A DNA stretch of 64,000 bases from Thermotoga sp. (GTDB lineage: Bacteria; Thermotogota; Thermotogae; Mesoaciditogales; Mesoaciditogaceae), in assembly GCA_020722015.1 (NCBI GenBank), contig DYLQ01000005.1:8453-72452 (forward strand), given 5' to 3'. This document shows positions 45,994-57,754 of this stretch, piece after piece; position 1 is the first letter of the stretch, and each line of letters starts with the position of its first letter. The notes beneath the pieces were generated by a model. The model did no database searches and was not told the origin of the DNA. It worked only from the letters and a program-made list of their open reading frames with translations. Made by a program: the position numbers and the translations under genes.

Positions 45994-48900
45994 GTGGAAA
46001 AACGGGAAAGGTACTCTTATGGAAAGATGAAAGATGCCATTGATGTCCCAAACCTTATATCCGTACAAACTGATTCTTACAAAGAATTCGTTGAAAAAGG
46101 CATAATGGAGGTGTTGAGGAAATTTTCTCCAATAGAATCAAAACCGCATAAAGCCGATGTTAAAAAAGGAGAAAAAGGTTTTAAACTCGAATTTGTAAGT
46201 TCAAGAACAGGCCAATCGAAGTATACCGAAGAAGAATGCAAACTTAAAGACACCACTTACAGTGTCCCGCTTTACATAACTATAAGAGTAAAAGATATCC
46301 ATTCAAATGAAATAAAAGAAGATGAAGCCCTTTTCGGTTATCTTCCGATCATGACAGAACGTGGCACCTTCATAATAAACGGTGCCGAAAGAGTTGTCGT
46401 TCATCAACTTGTTAGATCTCCGGGTATTTATTTTATTCAGGAATTTGAAGGGTCTGAGAGAGTTCCAACTTTTTTTGCACATTTTTTGCCTGAAAAAGGA
46501 GCATGGCTTGAGATTTTATTGAACGTCAAAAAAGGCATACTTCAGGCGAGGATCGACAGGAAGAAAAAGATAAAATTGCCCCTTTTGCTTAAAATTTTTG
46601 ACTATATTACGCCTATGGACATGATGAAAATATATCCCGTTACGATCGCAGCAGATGAAGATGAACTCGTTTTTCGCAGGGGTTCTATATTGCTTAAAGA
46701 TATAAAGGATGGAAACGGAAATGTTTTGATAAAAGCCGGTGAAAAAATCGAAGAAGGAATGATCTCTTCAATACTTGAAGCCAAAGTTGAAGAAATAACC
46801 ATAGCACATCCTTACATGCAAAAAACAGTTGAGAATCTTGATGATGCCGAAAAGGACATGACTTCTGAAGATGCATATATAGAATTCTTCAGGAAATTGA
46901 GACCTGGAGAGATTCCAAGGATAAACATCGCTAAAAGTTATTTTAACAGTTTGTACTTCGATCCGGAACATTACGATCTTACCAAAATAGGAAGGGCAAA
47001 GATAAACGCAAAACTCGGCTTAAGCGGCGATTCCATGGTGCTTACGAAAGAAGATATAATCTCATCTATCAAGTATCTGCTTGACATAGAGAATCATGAA
47101 GAAAGGCTTGATACCAAAGATCACCTTGGAAACAAAAGGGTAAGAACCGCTGGAGAACTCATGAAACTCGAATTTGAACGCGGCTTTTCAAAAGTTCAAA
47201 AGATGATAGAAGACAAATTGAACATGTACAATTCACTTGACAAGATAAACATTCAAAGTCTTATAAACGTAAGAGCGGTAATGTCGACACTACAACAATT
47301 TTTCGCTTCAAGCCAACTTTCGCAATTCATGGATCAGGTTAACATTCTCGCCGAATTAACCCACAAAAGAAGGATATCTGCTCTTGGACCGGGTGGATTG
47401 AGGCGCGAAAGGGCAAGGTTTGAAGTGCGCGATGTTCATCACTCTCATTATGGACGCATGTGTCCGATAGAAACGCCGGAAGGAGCTAATATAGGTCTCA
47501 TAACTTCTATGGCCATATTTGCGCAGATCGATGAATACGGATTTCTTAGAACTCCTTACAGAAAAGTTGATAATGGAAAGATAACTGATAAGATAGATTA
47601 TCTTATGGCTGATGAAGAAGGAAATTACAACATAGCTCCGGTAAATGTCAAGATAAATCCGGATAACACTTTGGCGGATGAAAGGGTAACCGTAAGATTC
47701 ATGGAGAGCTATCGCTACGTTAACAAAGTAGAAGTTGACTACATAGATGTTTCTTCAAAGCAGATTGTAAGTGTATCAGCTGCTTTGATACCATTTCTTG
47801 AAAATGATGATGCCAACAGGGCTTTAATGGGGTCTAACATGCAAAGACAAGCTGTCCCTCTTGTGAGTCCTCAAGCGCCCATGATAGGGACCGGAATGGA
47901 AAAGTACGTTGCGAGAGATTCTGGATTGATAGTCATGGCAAAGCATGCCGGCAAAGTGAAAAAAGTTTCTTCGAATGAAATTATCGTTGAAAAAGACGAT
48001 GGTTCTGGAGAGGATGTTTACACGCTCATAAAATATTCACGGACAAATCAGGATACATGTATAAATCAAATTCCGATAGTTGATGTTGATGATCACGTTG
48101 ACGTTGGAAATTGCATAGCAGATGGACCAGCCATGGATATGGGAGAACTTGCTTTAGGGCGAAACGTGCTCGTTGCTTTCATGTCGTGGGAAGGATATAA
48201 CTTTGAGGATGCCATTGTCGTCAATCAGTCTTTGATTGAAGATGATGCTTTCACATCGGTACATGTCGAGGTTTACGAAACTTACGCCCGCGAAACGAGA
48301 CTTGGACCTGAGGAAATAACTTCTGACATACCGAATGCTTCAAAAGATTTGTTGAAAAATCTTGATGAAAATGGGATAGTAAGAGTTGGCTCGCTCGTTC
48401 ATCCTAAAGATATTCTCGTTGGTAAGGTAACTCCAAAAGGAGACAGTGAGTTAACGGCCGAAGAGAAGATCATGAGATCGATCTTTGGAGAGAGAGGAAG
48501 AGATGTTAAAGATACATCTCTCAAATTGCCGCACGGAGTTGACGGTAGAGTTATAGGAGTCCACATTTTCGAAAAAGGAGACATATCCGAGCTGGATTCA
48601 AGCGTCAACAAGATGGTGAAAGTTTACGTTGCAACGAGGAAACCTCTTGCCGTTGGAGATAAATTAGCCGGGCGCCACGGAAACAAAGGTGTCGTTTCCA
48701 GAATCGTTGCCAAAGAAGATATGCCGTTTTTACCTGACGGCACACCCATCGAAATGATATTGAGCCCTCTTGGAGTTCCGTCCAGGATGAACATAGGACA
48801 GGTACTTGAAACGCATCTTGGATGGCTTGCAATGTTAAAGGGCATGTATTTTTCGACGCCTGTTTTCAATGGTGCCACAGAAAGCGATATTTTCAAACCT

Positions 48901-49395
48901 CTTTACGAAGAGCGTGCTAAGCATGGTTTGACAGATGGAGATGATCTAAATTATCCGAGCGGCAAAGTTGTGCTCAGAGACGGAAGAACAGGTGATGTGT
49001 TTAACAGCCCTGTGGTAGTCGGTGTGATGTACATGATGAAGCTCATTCATATAGCACAGGATAAAATTCACGCCAGATCAATAGGACCATATTCTCTGAT
49101 ACATCAGCAACCGCTTGGCGGAAAAGCTCAATTCGGAGGTCAGAGATTCGGGGAAATGGAGGTTTGGGCACTTGAGGCACACGGCGCAGCCCATACACTT
49201 CAGGAAATGCTTACGATAAAATCGGACGACATTGAAGGAAGAAATGAAGCTTATAAGGCGATAATGCGCGGGAAAAATATTCCAATTTCTAATCTTCCAG
49301 AAAGCTTTAAGGTGCTTGTCAAAGAATTACAGGGTTTAGCCCTTAATGTTAAAATTTACGATGATAACGGTAACGAAATTAAATTGGATCGTTAA
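45994..49395 (+). CDS. rpoB: RNA polymerase beta subunit
   Basis: [49 protein letters not shown]; GTG 45994 with GGTGA SD preferred over TTG 45940. Confidence 0.97.
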   Translation: MEKRERYSYGKMKDAIDVPNLISVQTDSYKEFVEKGIMEVLRKFSPIESKPHKADVKKGEKGFKLEFVSSRTGQSKYTEEECKLKDTTYSVPLYITIRVKDIHSNEIKEDEALFGYLPIMTERGTFIINGAERVVVHQLVRSPGIYFIQEFEGSERVPTFFAHFLPEKGAWLEILLNVKKGILQARIDRKKKIKLPLLLKIFDYITPMDMMKIYPVTIAADEDELVFRRGSILLKDIKDGNGNVLIKAGEKIEEGMISSILEAKVEEITIAHPYMQKTVENLDDAEKDMTSEDAYIEFFRKLRPGEIPRINIAKSYFNSLYFDPEHYDLTKIGRAKINAKLGLSGDSMVLTKEDIISSIKYLLDIENHEERLDTKDHLGNKRVRTAGELMKLEFERGFSKVQKMIEDKLNMYNSLDKINIQSLINVRAVMSTLQQFFASSQLSQFMDQVNILAELTHKRRISALGPGGLRRERARFEVRDVHHSHYGRMCPIETPEGANIGLITSMAIFAQIDEYGFLRTPYRKVDNGKITDKIDYLMADEEGNYNIAPVNVKINPDNTLADERVTVRFMESYRYVNKVEVDYIDVSSKQIVSVSAALIPFLENDDANRALMGSNMQRQAVPLVSPQAPMIGTGMEKYVARDSGLIVMAKHAGKVKKVSSNEIIVEKDDGSGEDVYTLIKYSRTNQDTCINQIPIVDVDDHVDVGNCIADGPAMDMGELALGRNVLVAFMSWEGYNFEDAIVVNQSLIEDDAFTSVHVEVYETYARETRLGPEEITSDIPNASKDLLKNLDENGIVRVGSLVHPKDILVGKVTPKGDSELTAEEKIMRSIFGERGRDVKDTSLKLPHGVDGRVIGVHIFEKGDISELDSSVNKMVKVYVATRKPLAVGDKLAGRHGNKGVVSRIVAKEDMPFLPDGTPIEMILSPLGVPSRMNIGQVLETHLGWLAMLKGMYFSTPVFNGATESDIFKPLYEERAKHGLTDGDDLNYPSGKVVLRDGRTGDVFNSPVVVGVMYMMKLIHIAQDKIHARSIGPYSLIHQQPLGGKAQFGGQRFGEMEVWALEAHGAAHTLQEMLTIKSDDIEGRNEAYKAIMRGKNIPISNLPESFKVLVKELQGLALNVKIYDDNGNEIKLDR

Positions 49396-49406
49396 GGAGG
49401 GGTAAA

Positions 49407-52400
49407 ATGGCAGAAAGTAACCCCAAGATAATCTTAAACTCTTCTCAGAATAAGATAGGAAGGATCGAAATAGGACTTGCATCGCCCGACACGATTTTGA
49501 AATGGTCAAAAGGCGAGGTGAAGAAACCAGAAACCATAAATTACAGAACTTTTAAGCCTGAAGCTGACGGCCTTTTCAGTGAACAAATCTTTGGCCCTGT
49601 CAAAGATTACGAATGTGCTTGCGGACGATACAAGGGAAAGAAATATGAAGGTACAACATGCGAAAGATGTGGTGTCACCGTTGAATCCAAAACGGCACGC
49701 AGAAGAAGAATGGGGCACATAGCTCTTGCCGTGCCTGTCGTTCACATATGGTACCTGAAAAACATTCCGAATTACATATCTACTTTACTTGATATAGCTC
49801 CAAAGGATATAGAACAGATAATATATTTTGGATCGAGAAGAACCGTTGAAACGTCTTACATGGTCGTAAATCCCAAAAATACGCACTTTGACATTGGAGA
49901 TAAACTTTATATCACGGAATACAACATATACAAAACGAAATTTGATTTTGACGTTGAAAAATCCGTAAAAATAAAAGCTCCGCATGGTCCTGTGAGATCA
50001 GAAATAGATGGCGTGGCATCTATAAAAACAGAAAAAACAGAAACCGGAAGGGTTATCACGTGGGTGAATGTTTATCAATCAATAAAATCAGAAAATTCAA
50101 AGAGTGTCGAATATACAATTTACCGCGGAATGGAATTGGTTGCTGAAGAAGGAAAGCAAGTTAAATCCGGAGATATCATAGCAAATGAAATCAAAGTCGA
50201 GCCTTTCAAAGCTCCTTTCGACGGAACATTTGAAATAGATGAGGTAACCTCCACCATAAAAATGCTTCCGCTTCCGACATCCAAATTCCAGCCTGTAAAT
50301 TACACCCTTCCGTATGGATCCAAAGCCGTAGTTCAAAATGGTCAAAAAGTTAAGAAGGGAAGAATTCTAACCACAGGGACTCACGTGGAAGCTGTGCGTG
50401 CCACGATCAATGGAACGGTATTTTACGGAAAAAGTCTTTCCGTGATCCAAAGAGAAGATGGCAAAATCGTCGCTAACTCTACTGACAAAATAAGTATCGT
50501 AGAGAATGGGCAATTACAAAAGGTGGAAAGATCATATCCCCTTTTCGAAGGCATCACGCCTTACGTTGAAGACGGTCAAGAAATAAAAGCAGGAGATTAC
50601 ATAGCAGACAGGTTTGTTTACGAGGATGAGGATCTAACCGTTAAAGAACTTGAGGTATTCGAAAAATATTATCCGGGATTGTTCGATAAAGAATTCGAAA
50701 TAGAAAATGACAGAACGGTCGTAATGATAACGGAAATAGATGAATCTGTGGCGCAAGAAATAGGCAAAAAGATCGGAGATGTTATTCTTGACAACGAATA
50801 CGATGCTTACAAAGAAATCTACGGAGACAAGATAAATGCCGATGTTGGAGCCTCTGCGATCAAAAAATTACTTGAGAAAATAGATCTTGTTAAATTGGAA
50901 AGCAAACTCGAAGCCGAACTCAAAAATATTCCGGAATCATCTTCAAACAAGAAAATGAAAATTTTCAAGCGTCTTCATGTGGTGAGAAGTCTTGTCGAAA
51001 GCGATCAAAGGCCTGAATGGATGACTCTTGACATCATACCCGTCATTCCGCCGGATCTAAGACCTATGATTCAGATCGATGGAGGTCGTTTTGCCACAAC
51101 TGATTTGAATGATCTTTACAGAAGAGTCATAAACAGAAACAACAGGCTGAAAAAACTGCTTGAATTGAGCGCGCCGGACATAATCGTCAGAAACGAAAAG
51201 CGTATGCTCCAGGAAGCGGTTGACTCTTTGATAGCAAATGGAAAACGTGGCAAATCGGTCATGGACAAATCTAACAGACCTTTGAAATCTTTGACAGATC
51301 TGCTTAAAGGGAAAAGAGGAAGATTCAGAAGAAATTTGCTCGGAAAACGTGTCGATTATTCCGGTCGTGCCGTTATAGTCGTTGGCCCTAATTTGAGAAT
51401 AGATCAATGCGGTATTCCGAAAAAAATGGCCATGGAGTTGTTCAAACCATTTGTACTTCAAAAACTCGTCAAAAGTGATCCTGACAAGTCAGCAAGAAAA
51501 TGGGGTCGTATGATGATAGAGCGTGAAGTACCGGAGGCATGGGAAGTACTTGAAGATGTCATAAAAGGACATCCTGTTTTACTCAACAGGGCGCCAACGC
51601 TTCATAGGATCAGCATTCAGGCATTTGAACCCAAGCTAATAGAAGGAGATGCAATTCAACTTCATCCGCTTGTGTGTGCTCCATTCAACGCCGATTTTGA
51701 CGGAGATCAGATGGCAGTTCACATACCACTTTCGGCATCGGCACAGGCTGAAGCAAAGTTTCTTATGCTTTCCAAGTACAATACCATCAGTCCTGCTCAT
51801 GGTCAGCCGCTTTCTATGCCGGGCAAGGACATCATATTGGGAATGTACTATTTAACGATGAAAAACGATAAACTTCAAAAGCCGAAAACAGTCTTTTCAT
51901 CTGCGGAAGAAGCAATGCTGGCATATAGCAGTGGTTACATAACTTTGCATACACCTATTGATGTGATGTTGCAATTCTCTACGGGAGAAAAACTTGTAAA
52001 AGACACAACAGTTGGTCGTGTTATATTCAACGACGGTCTATTTGAAGAACTTTTAGATTACACAAAAACTTACGATAAAAAAGAGATAAAAAACATCGTT
52101 TCTAAAGCTTTCAAAACCTTTGATATAGACGCAACGGCAGATGTGCTTGACAGAATAAAAGATTTTGGATTTAAGTATGCCACGATTTCGGGTGTTACCA
52201 TTTCCGTCAGAGACGTGCTCATATCCGAAAAAAAGCCAGAAATAATAAATCAATCTCAGCAGAAAATAGACAAAGTTGAAGATGCATTTTTAAACGGTCT
52301 GATAAGCCAGCAACAAAGATATGAGCAGATAGTCAGAATTTGGGAAGACGCCACCAAAGCAATTCAGGATGTTACGTACGATGAGCTGTCAAAAGACATG

Positions 52401-54413
52401 TTCAATCCAGTTTTCATGATGGTAAGATCCGGAGCAAGAGGAAGTATTGACCAAATAAAACAAATTGCGGGGATGAGAGGTCTTATGGCAGATCCGTCTG
52501 GCAAAACAATAGAAGTTCCAATACTTTCGAATTTCAGAGAAGGACTCAACGTTATGGAATATTTCATATCAACGCATGGAGCCAGAAAGGGATCGGCAGA
52601 TACGGCCTTGAGAACATCCAATTCCGGTTATCTTACCAGAAGGCTTGTTGACGTCGCACAATCGATGACGATAAAAGAAACAGACTGTGGAACCAAAAAT
52701 GGCGTAGAACTCAAAACTTTAAGAGATGACGACGTTGTGATAGAAAAATTGGAAGATTCACTCTTTGGACGCGTACTTTCTGAAGACATAGTTAATCCAA
52801 AAACGAAAGAAGTTATCTACGAACGCGATACGATGATGGAAGAAGATGACGCACATAAAGCCGTCGGTACAATAGAAGAAGTTCAGGTTCATATGGCAGA
52901 AGATGTCAGGATTGATTCGATAAACGATCTTAAAGATTATGCCGAAATATTTGAAGATATTTACGATGATGATAAAGGGACATTCTCAGGAGTGCCGTTC
53001 AAGTTGATCTTCAAAAAAGGAGAACCATTGAGAAATGTTTTGAATGCCGCTAAAAAATTGGGGCTTTCTAAGATAAAAGCGGATATTTATCCATGTGTCG
53101 GCGGTGTAACGGTTTCTCCGATTCTTTCTAAAAACGGTAAAAATGAGGTTGCAACGTACGAAGAAAGGGTTACTCCGGAAATTGCTAAAAAATTCTTTAA
53201 AGAGAATATTGACACAGTTACACTGAGACCTTACATAAAGATAAGATCTCCTATGACCTGCGAGCTATCGAACGGCATTTGTGCGAAGTGTTACGGAATG
53301 GATCTTTCAAACCACAGGATAGTTCATGTTGGCGAAGCAATTGGAATAATAGCAGCGCAATCTATAGGAGAACCTGGAACCCAACTTACCATGAGAACTT
53401 TTCATACCGGAGGAATAGCGACAACTGGAGACATAACTCAAGGTCTTCCAAGGGCTGAAGAATTGTTCGAAGCAAGGAAGAAACTAAGAGATGTCTCAGG
53501 CATATTCAGTCACGTATCTGGTTATGTCAAACAGATAAGTCAGGAAGAAAACAAAACTGTTAAAATATACATCGAAGATGATGAAGGGAATATTCATGAT
53601 TACACAGTTCCTAAGAAAACTCAAATACGTGTAAGAGAAGGACAGCGAATCATAGCCGGTACTCCTTTGACAACGGGAACGATAAGACCAAAAGATTTGC
53701 TTGAAAAAGTTAACACTGAAAGTTCTTTCCAGTATTTGCTTCGCGAAGTTAAAAGAGTTTACGCGGAACAAGGAGTGGACATTCATGATAAGCATTTTGA
53801 GGTCATAATAAAACAGATGTTCAACAAAGTTGAAGTCACAGACGCCGGAGATACCAACATACTTCCTGGTACCTTGTTATCTTTGGAGGAAGCCAAAAGG
53901 ATAAATGAAGATGTAAGGAAAGAAAATTTGAAAATCGATGAAAACAGAAAGAAGATCGTTGGAAAAGAACTTGCTTACGCAGTCATAAGTGCAGATGAAG
54001 TTGAAAAAGAGATTGCCAAGGCGGGAGAAATTCTGACTGAGGAACTCGTTTCGGAAATGGTAAAGATGGGTATAAAGTTTGTCACAATCAGAAATGGAGA
54101 AAAAATGGACAAATACATAATAAACACGCAAAATGAGATCCAATACAAACAGAAACTGCTTAGAATAACGACGGCTTCTCTTGAAAGTGAAGGATTTTTA
54201 AGTGCTGCGTCGTTCCAGCAAACACCGCAAATACTTGCTGAAGCGGCAGTGGAAGGAAGATCTGATTTTCTCAAAGGACTAAAGGAAAATGTCATAATAG
54301 GACAACTTATACCATCCGGTACCGGACTTTCGGTTTACAACAACATTCAAATTGAAGAACATCCTGCTGCAAAAGTATCAAGGGAAGAAATAAGAAAAGA
54401 ACAACAAGCGTAA
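49407..54413 (+). CDS. rpoC: RNA polymerase beta' subunit with lineage-specific insertions
   Basis: CACGRYK..CERC, NADFDGDQM, GEPGTQLTMRTFH, GLKENVIIG. Confidence 0.98.
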   Translation: MAESNPKIILNSSQNKIGRIEIGLASPDTILKWSKGEVKKPETINYRTFKPEADGLFSEQIFGPVKDYECACGRYKGKKYEGTTCERCGVTVESKTARRRRMGHIALAVPVVHIWYLKNIPNYISTLLDIAPKDIEQIIYFGSRRTVETSYMVVNPKNTHFDIGDKLYITEYNIYKTKFDFDVEKSVKIKAPHGPVRSEIDGVASIKTEKTETGRVITWVNVYQSIKSENSKSVEYTIYRGMELVAEEGKQVKSGDIIANEIKVEPFKAPFDGTFEIDEVTSTIKMLPLPTSKFQPVNYTLPYGSKAVVQNGQKVKKGRILTTGTHVEAVRATINGTVFYGKSLSVIQREDGKIVANSTDKISIVENGQLQKVERSYPLFEGITPYVEDGQEIKAGDYIADRFVYEDEDLTVKELEVFEKYYPGLFDKEFEIENDRTVVMITEIDESVAQEIGKKIGDVILDNEYDAYKEIYGDKINADVGASAIKKLLEKIDLVKLESKLEAELKNIPESSSNKKMKIFKRLHVVRSLVESDQRPEWMTLDIIPVIPPDLRPMIQIDGGRFATTDLNDLYRRVINRNNRLKKLLELSAPDIIVRNEKRMLQEAVDSLIANGKRGKSVMDKSNRPLKSLTDLLKGKRGRFRRNLLGKRVDYSGRAVIVVGPNLRIDQCGIPKKMAMELFKPFVLQKLVKSDPDKSARKWGRMMIEREVPEAWEVLEDVIKGHPVLLNRAPTLHRISIQAFEPKLIEGDAIQLHPLVCAPFNADFDGDQMAVHIPLSASAQAEAKFLMLSKYNTISPAHGQPLSMPGKDIILGMYYLTMKNDKLQKPKTVFSSAEEAMLAYSSGYITLHTPIDVMLQFSTGEKLVKDTTVGRVIFNDGLFEELLDYTKTYDKKEIKNIVSKAFKTFDIDATADVLDRIKDFGFKYATISGVTISVRDVLISEKKPEIINQSQQKIDKVEDAFLNGLISQQQRYEQIVRIWEDATKAIQDVTYDELSKDMFNPVFMMVRSGARGSIDQIKQIAGMRGLMADPSGKTIEVPILSNFREGLNVMEYFISTHGARKGSADTALRTSNSGYLTRRLVDVAQSMTIKETDCGTKNGVELKTLRDDDVVIEKLEDSLFGRVLSEDIVNPKTKEVIYERDTMMEEDDAHKAVGTIEEVQVHMAEDVRIDSINDLKDYAEIFEDIYDDDKGTFSGVPFKLIFKKGEPLRNVLNAAKKLGLSKIKADIYPCVGGVTVSPILSKNGKNEVATYEERVTPEIAKKFFKENIDTVTLRPYIKIRSPMTCELSNGICAKCYGMDLSNHRIVHVGEAIGIIAAQSIGEPGTQLTMRTFHTGGIATTGDITQGLPRAEELFEARKKLRDVSGIFSHVSGYVKQISQEENKTVKIYIEDDEGNIHDYTVPKKTQIRVREGQRIIAGTPLTTGTIRPKDLLEKVNTESSFQYLLREVKRVYAEQGVDIHDKHFEVIIKQMFNKVEVTDAGDTNILPGTLLSLEEAKRINEDVRKENLKIDENRKKIVGKELAYAVISADEVEKEIAKAGEILTEELVSEMVKMGIKFVTIRNGEKMDKYIINTQNEIQYKQKLLRITTASLESEGFLSAASFQQTPQILAEAAVEGRSDFLKGLKENVIIGQLIPSGTGLSVYNNIQIEEHPAAKVSREEIRKEQQA

Positions 54414-54431
54414 GGATAAATTCGGTAAATC

Positions 54432-54461
54432 AAGTGGGGCAAATAAATGCCCCACTTTTTT
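54432..54461 (+). terminator. rpoBC terminator
   Basis: AAGTGGGGC-aaataaat-GCCCCACTT-TTTT. Confidence 0.9.
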
Positions 54462-54533
54462 CATTGCCTGTTCATCTGTTCTTACACTATTTTTCACGCG
54501 ATTGAGTATAATAGTAATGGGAGATGAAATGTC

Positions 54534-55298
54534 ATGTCAGAAGACATAGGTAAAGCTCTTGACTTCATGATTAATACCGCAGCAGCTCTTATGAGAACGG
54601 GTTCCCCAACGACGAGAACTGAAATATGGGTTTCCAAAATCGGTCAAAAATTGGGGTTCGAAGTTGATGCCGCCATAATTTACACGGTCATTTACATAAC
54701 GATAAAAGATTCGAACGGGAACGTAATGACAATGACGAAAAGGACTGGGAATCTCTCAAGCGATTTTGACAAATTCATAAAGATAGACGCTCTCGTAAAA
54801 AAATTTGTAGATGGAAAAATAAATCTTTCAGATGCACATTCTGAATTGAAATCCATTGTTAACTCCGATTTCTCATACCCTATTTTCATTCGGTTGATAG
54901 CCGCCGCCCTTGCTTGTGGAGGCTTTGAATACATACTCGTTGGTGGATTGATGAGTGCCATCGCATCGATGATACTTGGAGCCATAGTTTACTCTGCAAC
55001 AAACTACATTAGCTTGCTTGATAACAGGTTTTTTCAACAATTCAGTTCTGGTGTGATCATAGCAATAGGTGCATGGATATTATCGCCGATTTTCAAAGGA
55101 TCGACTTTGAACGGAATTATATCCGGAGCGATAATGTTATTTGTACCAGGCTTGCTTATAACAAACGGTTTTTCGGAAATATCGCAGGGAAGCGTCATAT
55201 CAGGTACTATAAAAGAAAGTGAAGCACTTGCACTGCTTGTGGCCCTTGTTTTTGGAATATCTGCAGGCAGTGTCTTCGTCAGGGGGATGAAATTTTGA
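54534..55298 (+). CDS. ThrE-family threonine/serine exporter, large subunit
   Basis: GSPTTRTE, LFVPGLLITNGFSEI..G..ISG. Confidence 0.85.
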   Translation: MSEDIGKALDFMINTAAALMRTGSPTTRTEIWVSKIGQKLGFEVDAAIIYTVIYITIKDSNGNVMTMTKRTGNLSSDFDKFIKIDALVKKFVDGKINLSDAHSELKSIVNSDFSYPIFIRLIAAALACGGFEYILVGGLMSAIASMILGAIVYSATNYISLLDNRFFQQFSSGVIIAIGAWILSPIFKGSTLNGIISGAIMLFVPGLLITNGFSEISQGSVISGTIKESEALALLVALVFGISAGSVFVRGMKF

Positions 55299-55717
55299 AT
55301 CTCATCGTTCAATCTCTCATAGCAGGTCTTGCAAGTGGAAGTTTTACTTTGCTTTACAACGCTAAGCCGTTCGATGCCATATTGGGTGGAAGCATAGGGT
55401 TTATGGGATGGCTCATTTATTCTCTAACCTTTGGATATGGAATTATAGCATCAACCTTGCTTGCGGCTTTGGGAATTGGATTGGCCGGAAGAATCCTTTC
55501 GCGTATAAGACATATACCATCTCAACCTTTAATAGTCGGCGGAATAGTCGTTTTGGTTCCAGGATTTACAGCATTCAAGGCTATGAATGCCTTTGTAAGT
55601 GGTAATTCGGTTCAGGGTACTACCATGATGTTGAATGCATTTTTGATGGCCGCCTCAATTGGTACGGGTTTGGTTGTTTCTGTGGCAATTACGGCGATAA
55701 TTTTTAGAAAAAAATAG
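55295..55717 (+). CDS. ThrE-family exporter, small subunit
   Basis: GGSIGFMGW, GIVVLVPGF.AFKAM; coupled to the preceding gene. Confidence 0.82.
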   Translation: MNLIVQSLIAGLASGSFTLLYNAKPFDAILGGSIGFMGWLIYSLTFGYGIIASTLLAALGIGLAGRILSRIRHIPSQPLIVGGIVVLVPGFTAFKAMNAFVSGNSVQGTTMMLNAFLMAASIGTGLVVSVAITAIIFRKK

Positions 55718-55727
55718 GAGGCTTGAC

Positions 55728-56330
55728 ATGGAGAAAGTGATTTTTTTCAGTCATGATGGATTGAAAATAGAAGCAGAAATTTTTGGCAAATCGGATCATA
55801 TGATTATCTTAGTGCACGGTAAAGCTTTTGATATGCAAAGTTGGGAATTGCTTGCAAAATATCTTGAGGAACAAGGCTTTTCGACCATGCCTTTTAATTT
55901 TCGTGGTTACGGAAACTCGCAATCGAAAGATTCAAAATATGAATTTGATGTCTTAGGTGCGATAGATTATGCGCTGAAAGATCACAAATACGTTTCTGTT
56001 ATAGGTGCAAGCATGGGTGGTACCGCAACTCTTAGAGCCTTGGAGATAAGCAAGTCGTCAATCGATGGCCTTATTTTACTCTCTCCTGCCGGATTGCCAA
56101 AAAGTTTTTCTGATCTTTCCGGAAAAGCAAAAAAAGCACTTGTCGTTTTTTCAAAGGGGGATTTTGTTTTTGACACGGCCAATGAAATTTCAAAATCACT
56201 CCCAATTGAGACTGAAACCCTTGTTTTTGATGGGAATCTTCATGCTCAAAATCTCTTTAGAAACCAAGACATTGCGAAAGAGCTCAAGAACAAAATAGCA
56301 AATTTCTTAAGATCGATTGAAGGAATTTGA
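55728..56330 (+). CDS. alpha/beta hydrolase
   Basis: LVHG, FNFRGYGNS, GASMGG, H near the C-terminus. Confidence 0.85.
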   Translation: MEKVIFFSHDGLKIEAEIFGKSDHMIILVHGKAFDMQSWELLAKYLEEQGFSTMPFNFRGYGNSQSKDSKYEFDVLGAIDYALKDHKYVSVIGASMGGTATLRALEISKSSIDGLILLSPAGLPKSFSDLSGKAKKALVVFSKGDFVFDTANEISKSLPIETETLVFDGNLHAQNLFRNQDIAKELKNKIANFLRSIEGI

Positions 56331-57754
56331 AGATGAAGGTTAAATTCTCGGACTTCTTGAATGATAGTACAAAGGCAATCGAGGAGATTGTCACTGCCCT
56401 TTCAAAAATTTACGGATATGCCTCGATTCTTGGAAGCGACACTCGTGGAAAAAGATATCTGGTAACTGATCTCGATGTGAACATCGGCGATAGTGGTTGG
56501 AACGAGAGAGGCTTCGTGCTGAGAGTTTTCAACGGGCTAAATTATTCAGAGTTTTCTTTCAACAAAATCGACAAACCTTCTCATTTAATTGATTTTGTGA
56601 GTGAACATCTCATGAAATCATTTGAAGAGATTAAAAATCACGGTGAAGTTTTGAAGTGCCCTCGCGTGATCGAAGAGCCTATCACCGGAACTTTTGAGGG
56701 AGAAGTTGAAATTCTTCCTGAAAATGTTGATCCAGGTACGAAAATAGAAAAGCTTTCCAAGATGAGAGATCATGCCCACGATCTGTCAAAGCAGATCGTG
56801 AATTTTTGGTCAACATACGAGGAAGTGCATGTCAACAAGATCTTCATTTCTTCCAGAAAGTCCCTTCGCCAAAGTTACATCTGGTCACAAGGATACCTTC
56901 AAGCAATTGCACAGAATAAAGAAAAGACAAGGTATTCTTATGAAGGATTCTCTGGCCTGAAGGGAGTCGAAATTCTTGATGAGATGAGTAGCGGCGTTGA
57001 TAAAGTGGTAAAAGCATCCGAGGCGTTGCTCGATTCAGAAAAGATAGAACCGGGCGAATACGATGTCATATGTTCACCGGATGTCGCAGGTGTCATAGCA
57101 CATGAAGCCTTTGGACATGGTGTGGAAATGGACATGTTCGTCAAAGGTAGAGCCAAAGCCATTGAGTATTTAGGTAAAAAAGTTGCATCCGATCTTGTGA
57201 CAATGCACGACGGCGCTGCTGCGGCCAAAGAGGTTTCTTCGTACTTTTTTGATGATGAAGGCACATTGGCAACGGACACAATTGTTATAGATCATGGTAC
57301 ACTTAAAACTGGCATATCAGATCTTTTATCGGCTTTAAGACTTGGTACAAAACCTACGGGAAATGGAAAAAGGGAGTCTTTCGAGAGAAAGGCTTATTCA
57401 AGGATGACGAACACCTTTTTTGCCAGAGGAACTGACAGACTTGAAGACATGATTTTATCTGTCAAACATGGTTATTTTCTCGAAAAGGTTTCAAGCGGAA
57501 TGGAAGATCCTAAAAATTGGGGAATCCAATGTTGGATTCTTTACGGTAGAGAGATAAAAAACGGTAAGATAACAAACAGAATAGTCTCACCAATACTCAT
57601 GACAGGATACGTTCCCGAACTACTTAGTTCTATCTCGATGGTATCAAATGATCTTGAATTGTCAGGCATTGGCAGTTGTGGTAAAGGTCATAAAGAATTC
57701 GTCAAAGTTTCCTCGGGCGGCCCATACATGAAAGCGAGAGCGAGGTTGGGATGA
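56327..57754 (+). CDS. tldD: TldD-family metalloprotease
   Basis: HEAFGHGVE HExxxH, FDDEG, GNGKRES..Y.RMTNT, CGKG...V.SGGP. Confidence 0.92.
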   Translation: MKMKVKFSDFLNDSTKAIEEIVTALSKIYGYASILGSDTRGKRYLVTDLDVNIGDSGWNERGFVLRVFNGLNYSEFSFNKIDKPSHLIDFVSEHLMKSFEEIKNHGEVLKCPRVIEEPITGTFEGEVEILPENVDPGTKIEKLSKMRDHAHDLSKQIVNFWSTYEEVHVNKIFISSRKSLRQSYIWSQGYLQAIAQNKEKTRYSYEGFSGLKGVEILDEMSSGVDKVVKASEALLDSEKIEPGEYDVICSPDVAGVIAHEAFGHGVEMDMFVKGRAKAIEYLGKKVASDLVTMHDGAAAAKEVSSYFFDDEGTLATDTIVIDHGTLKTGISDLLSALRLGTKPTGNGKRESFERKAYSRMTNTFFARGTDRLEDMILSVKHGYFLEKVSSGMEDPKNWGIQCWILYGREIKNGKITNRIVSPILMTGYVPELLSSISMVSNDLELSGIGSCGKGHKEFVKVSSGGPYMKARARLG

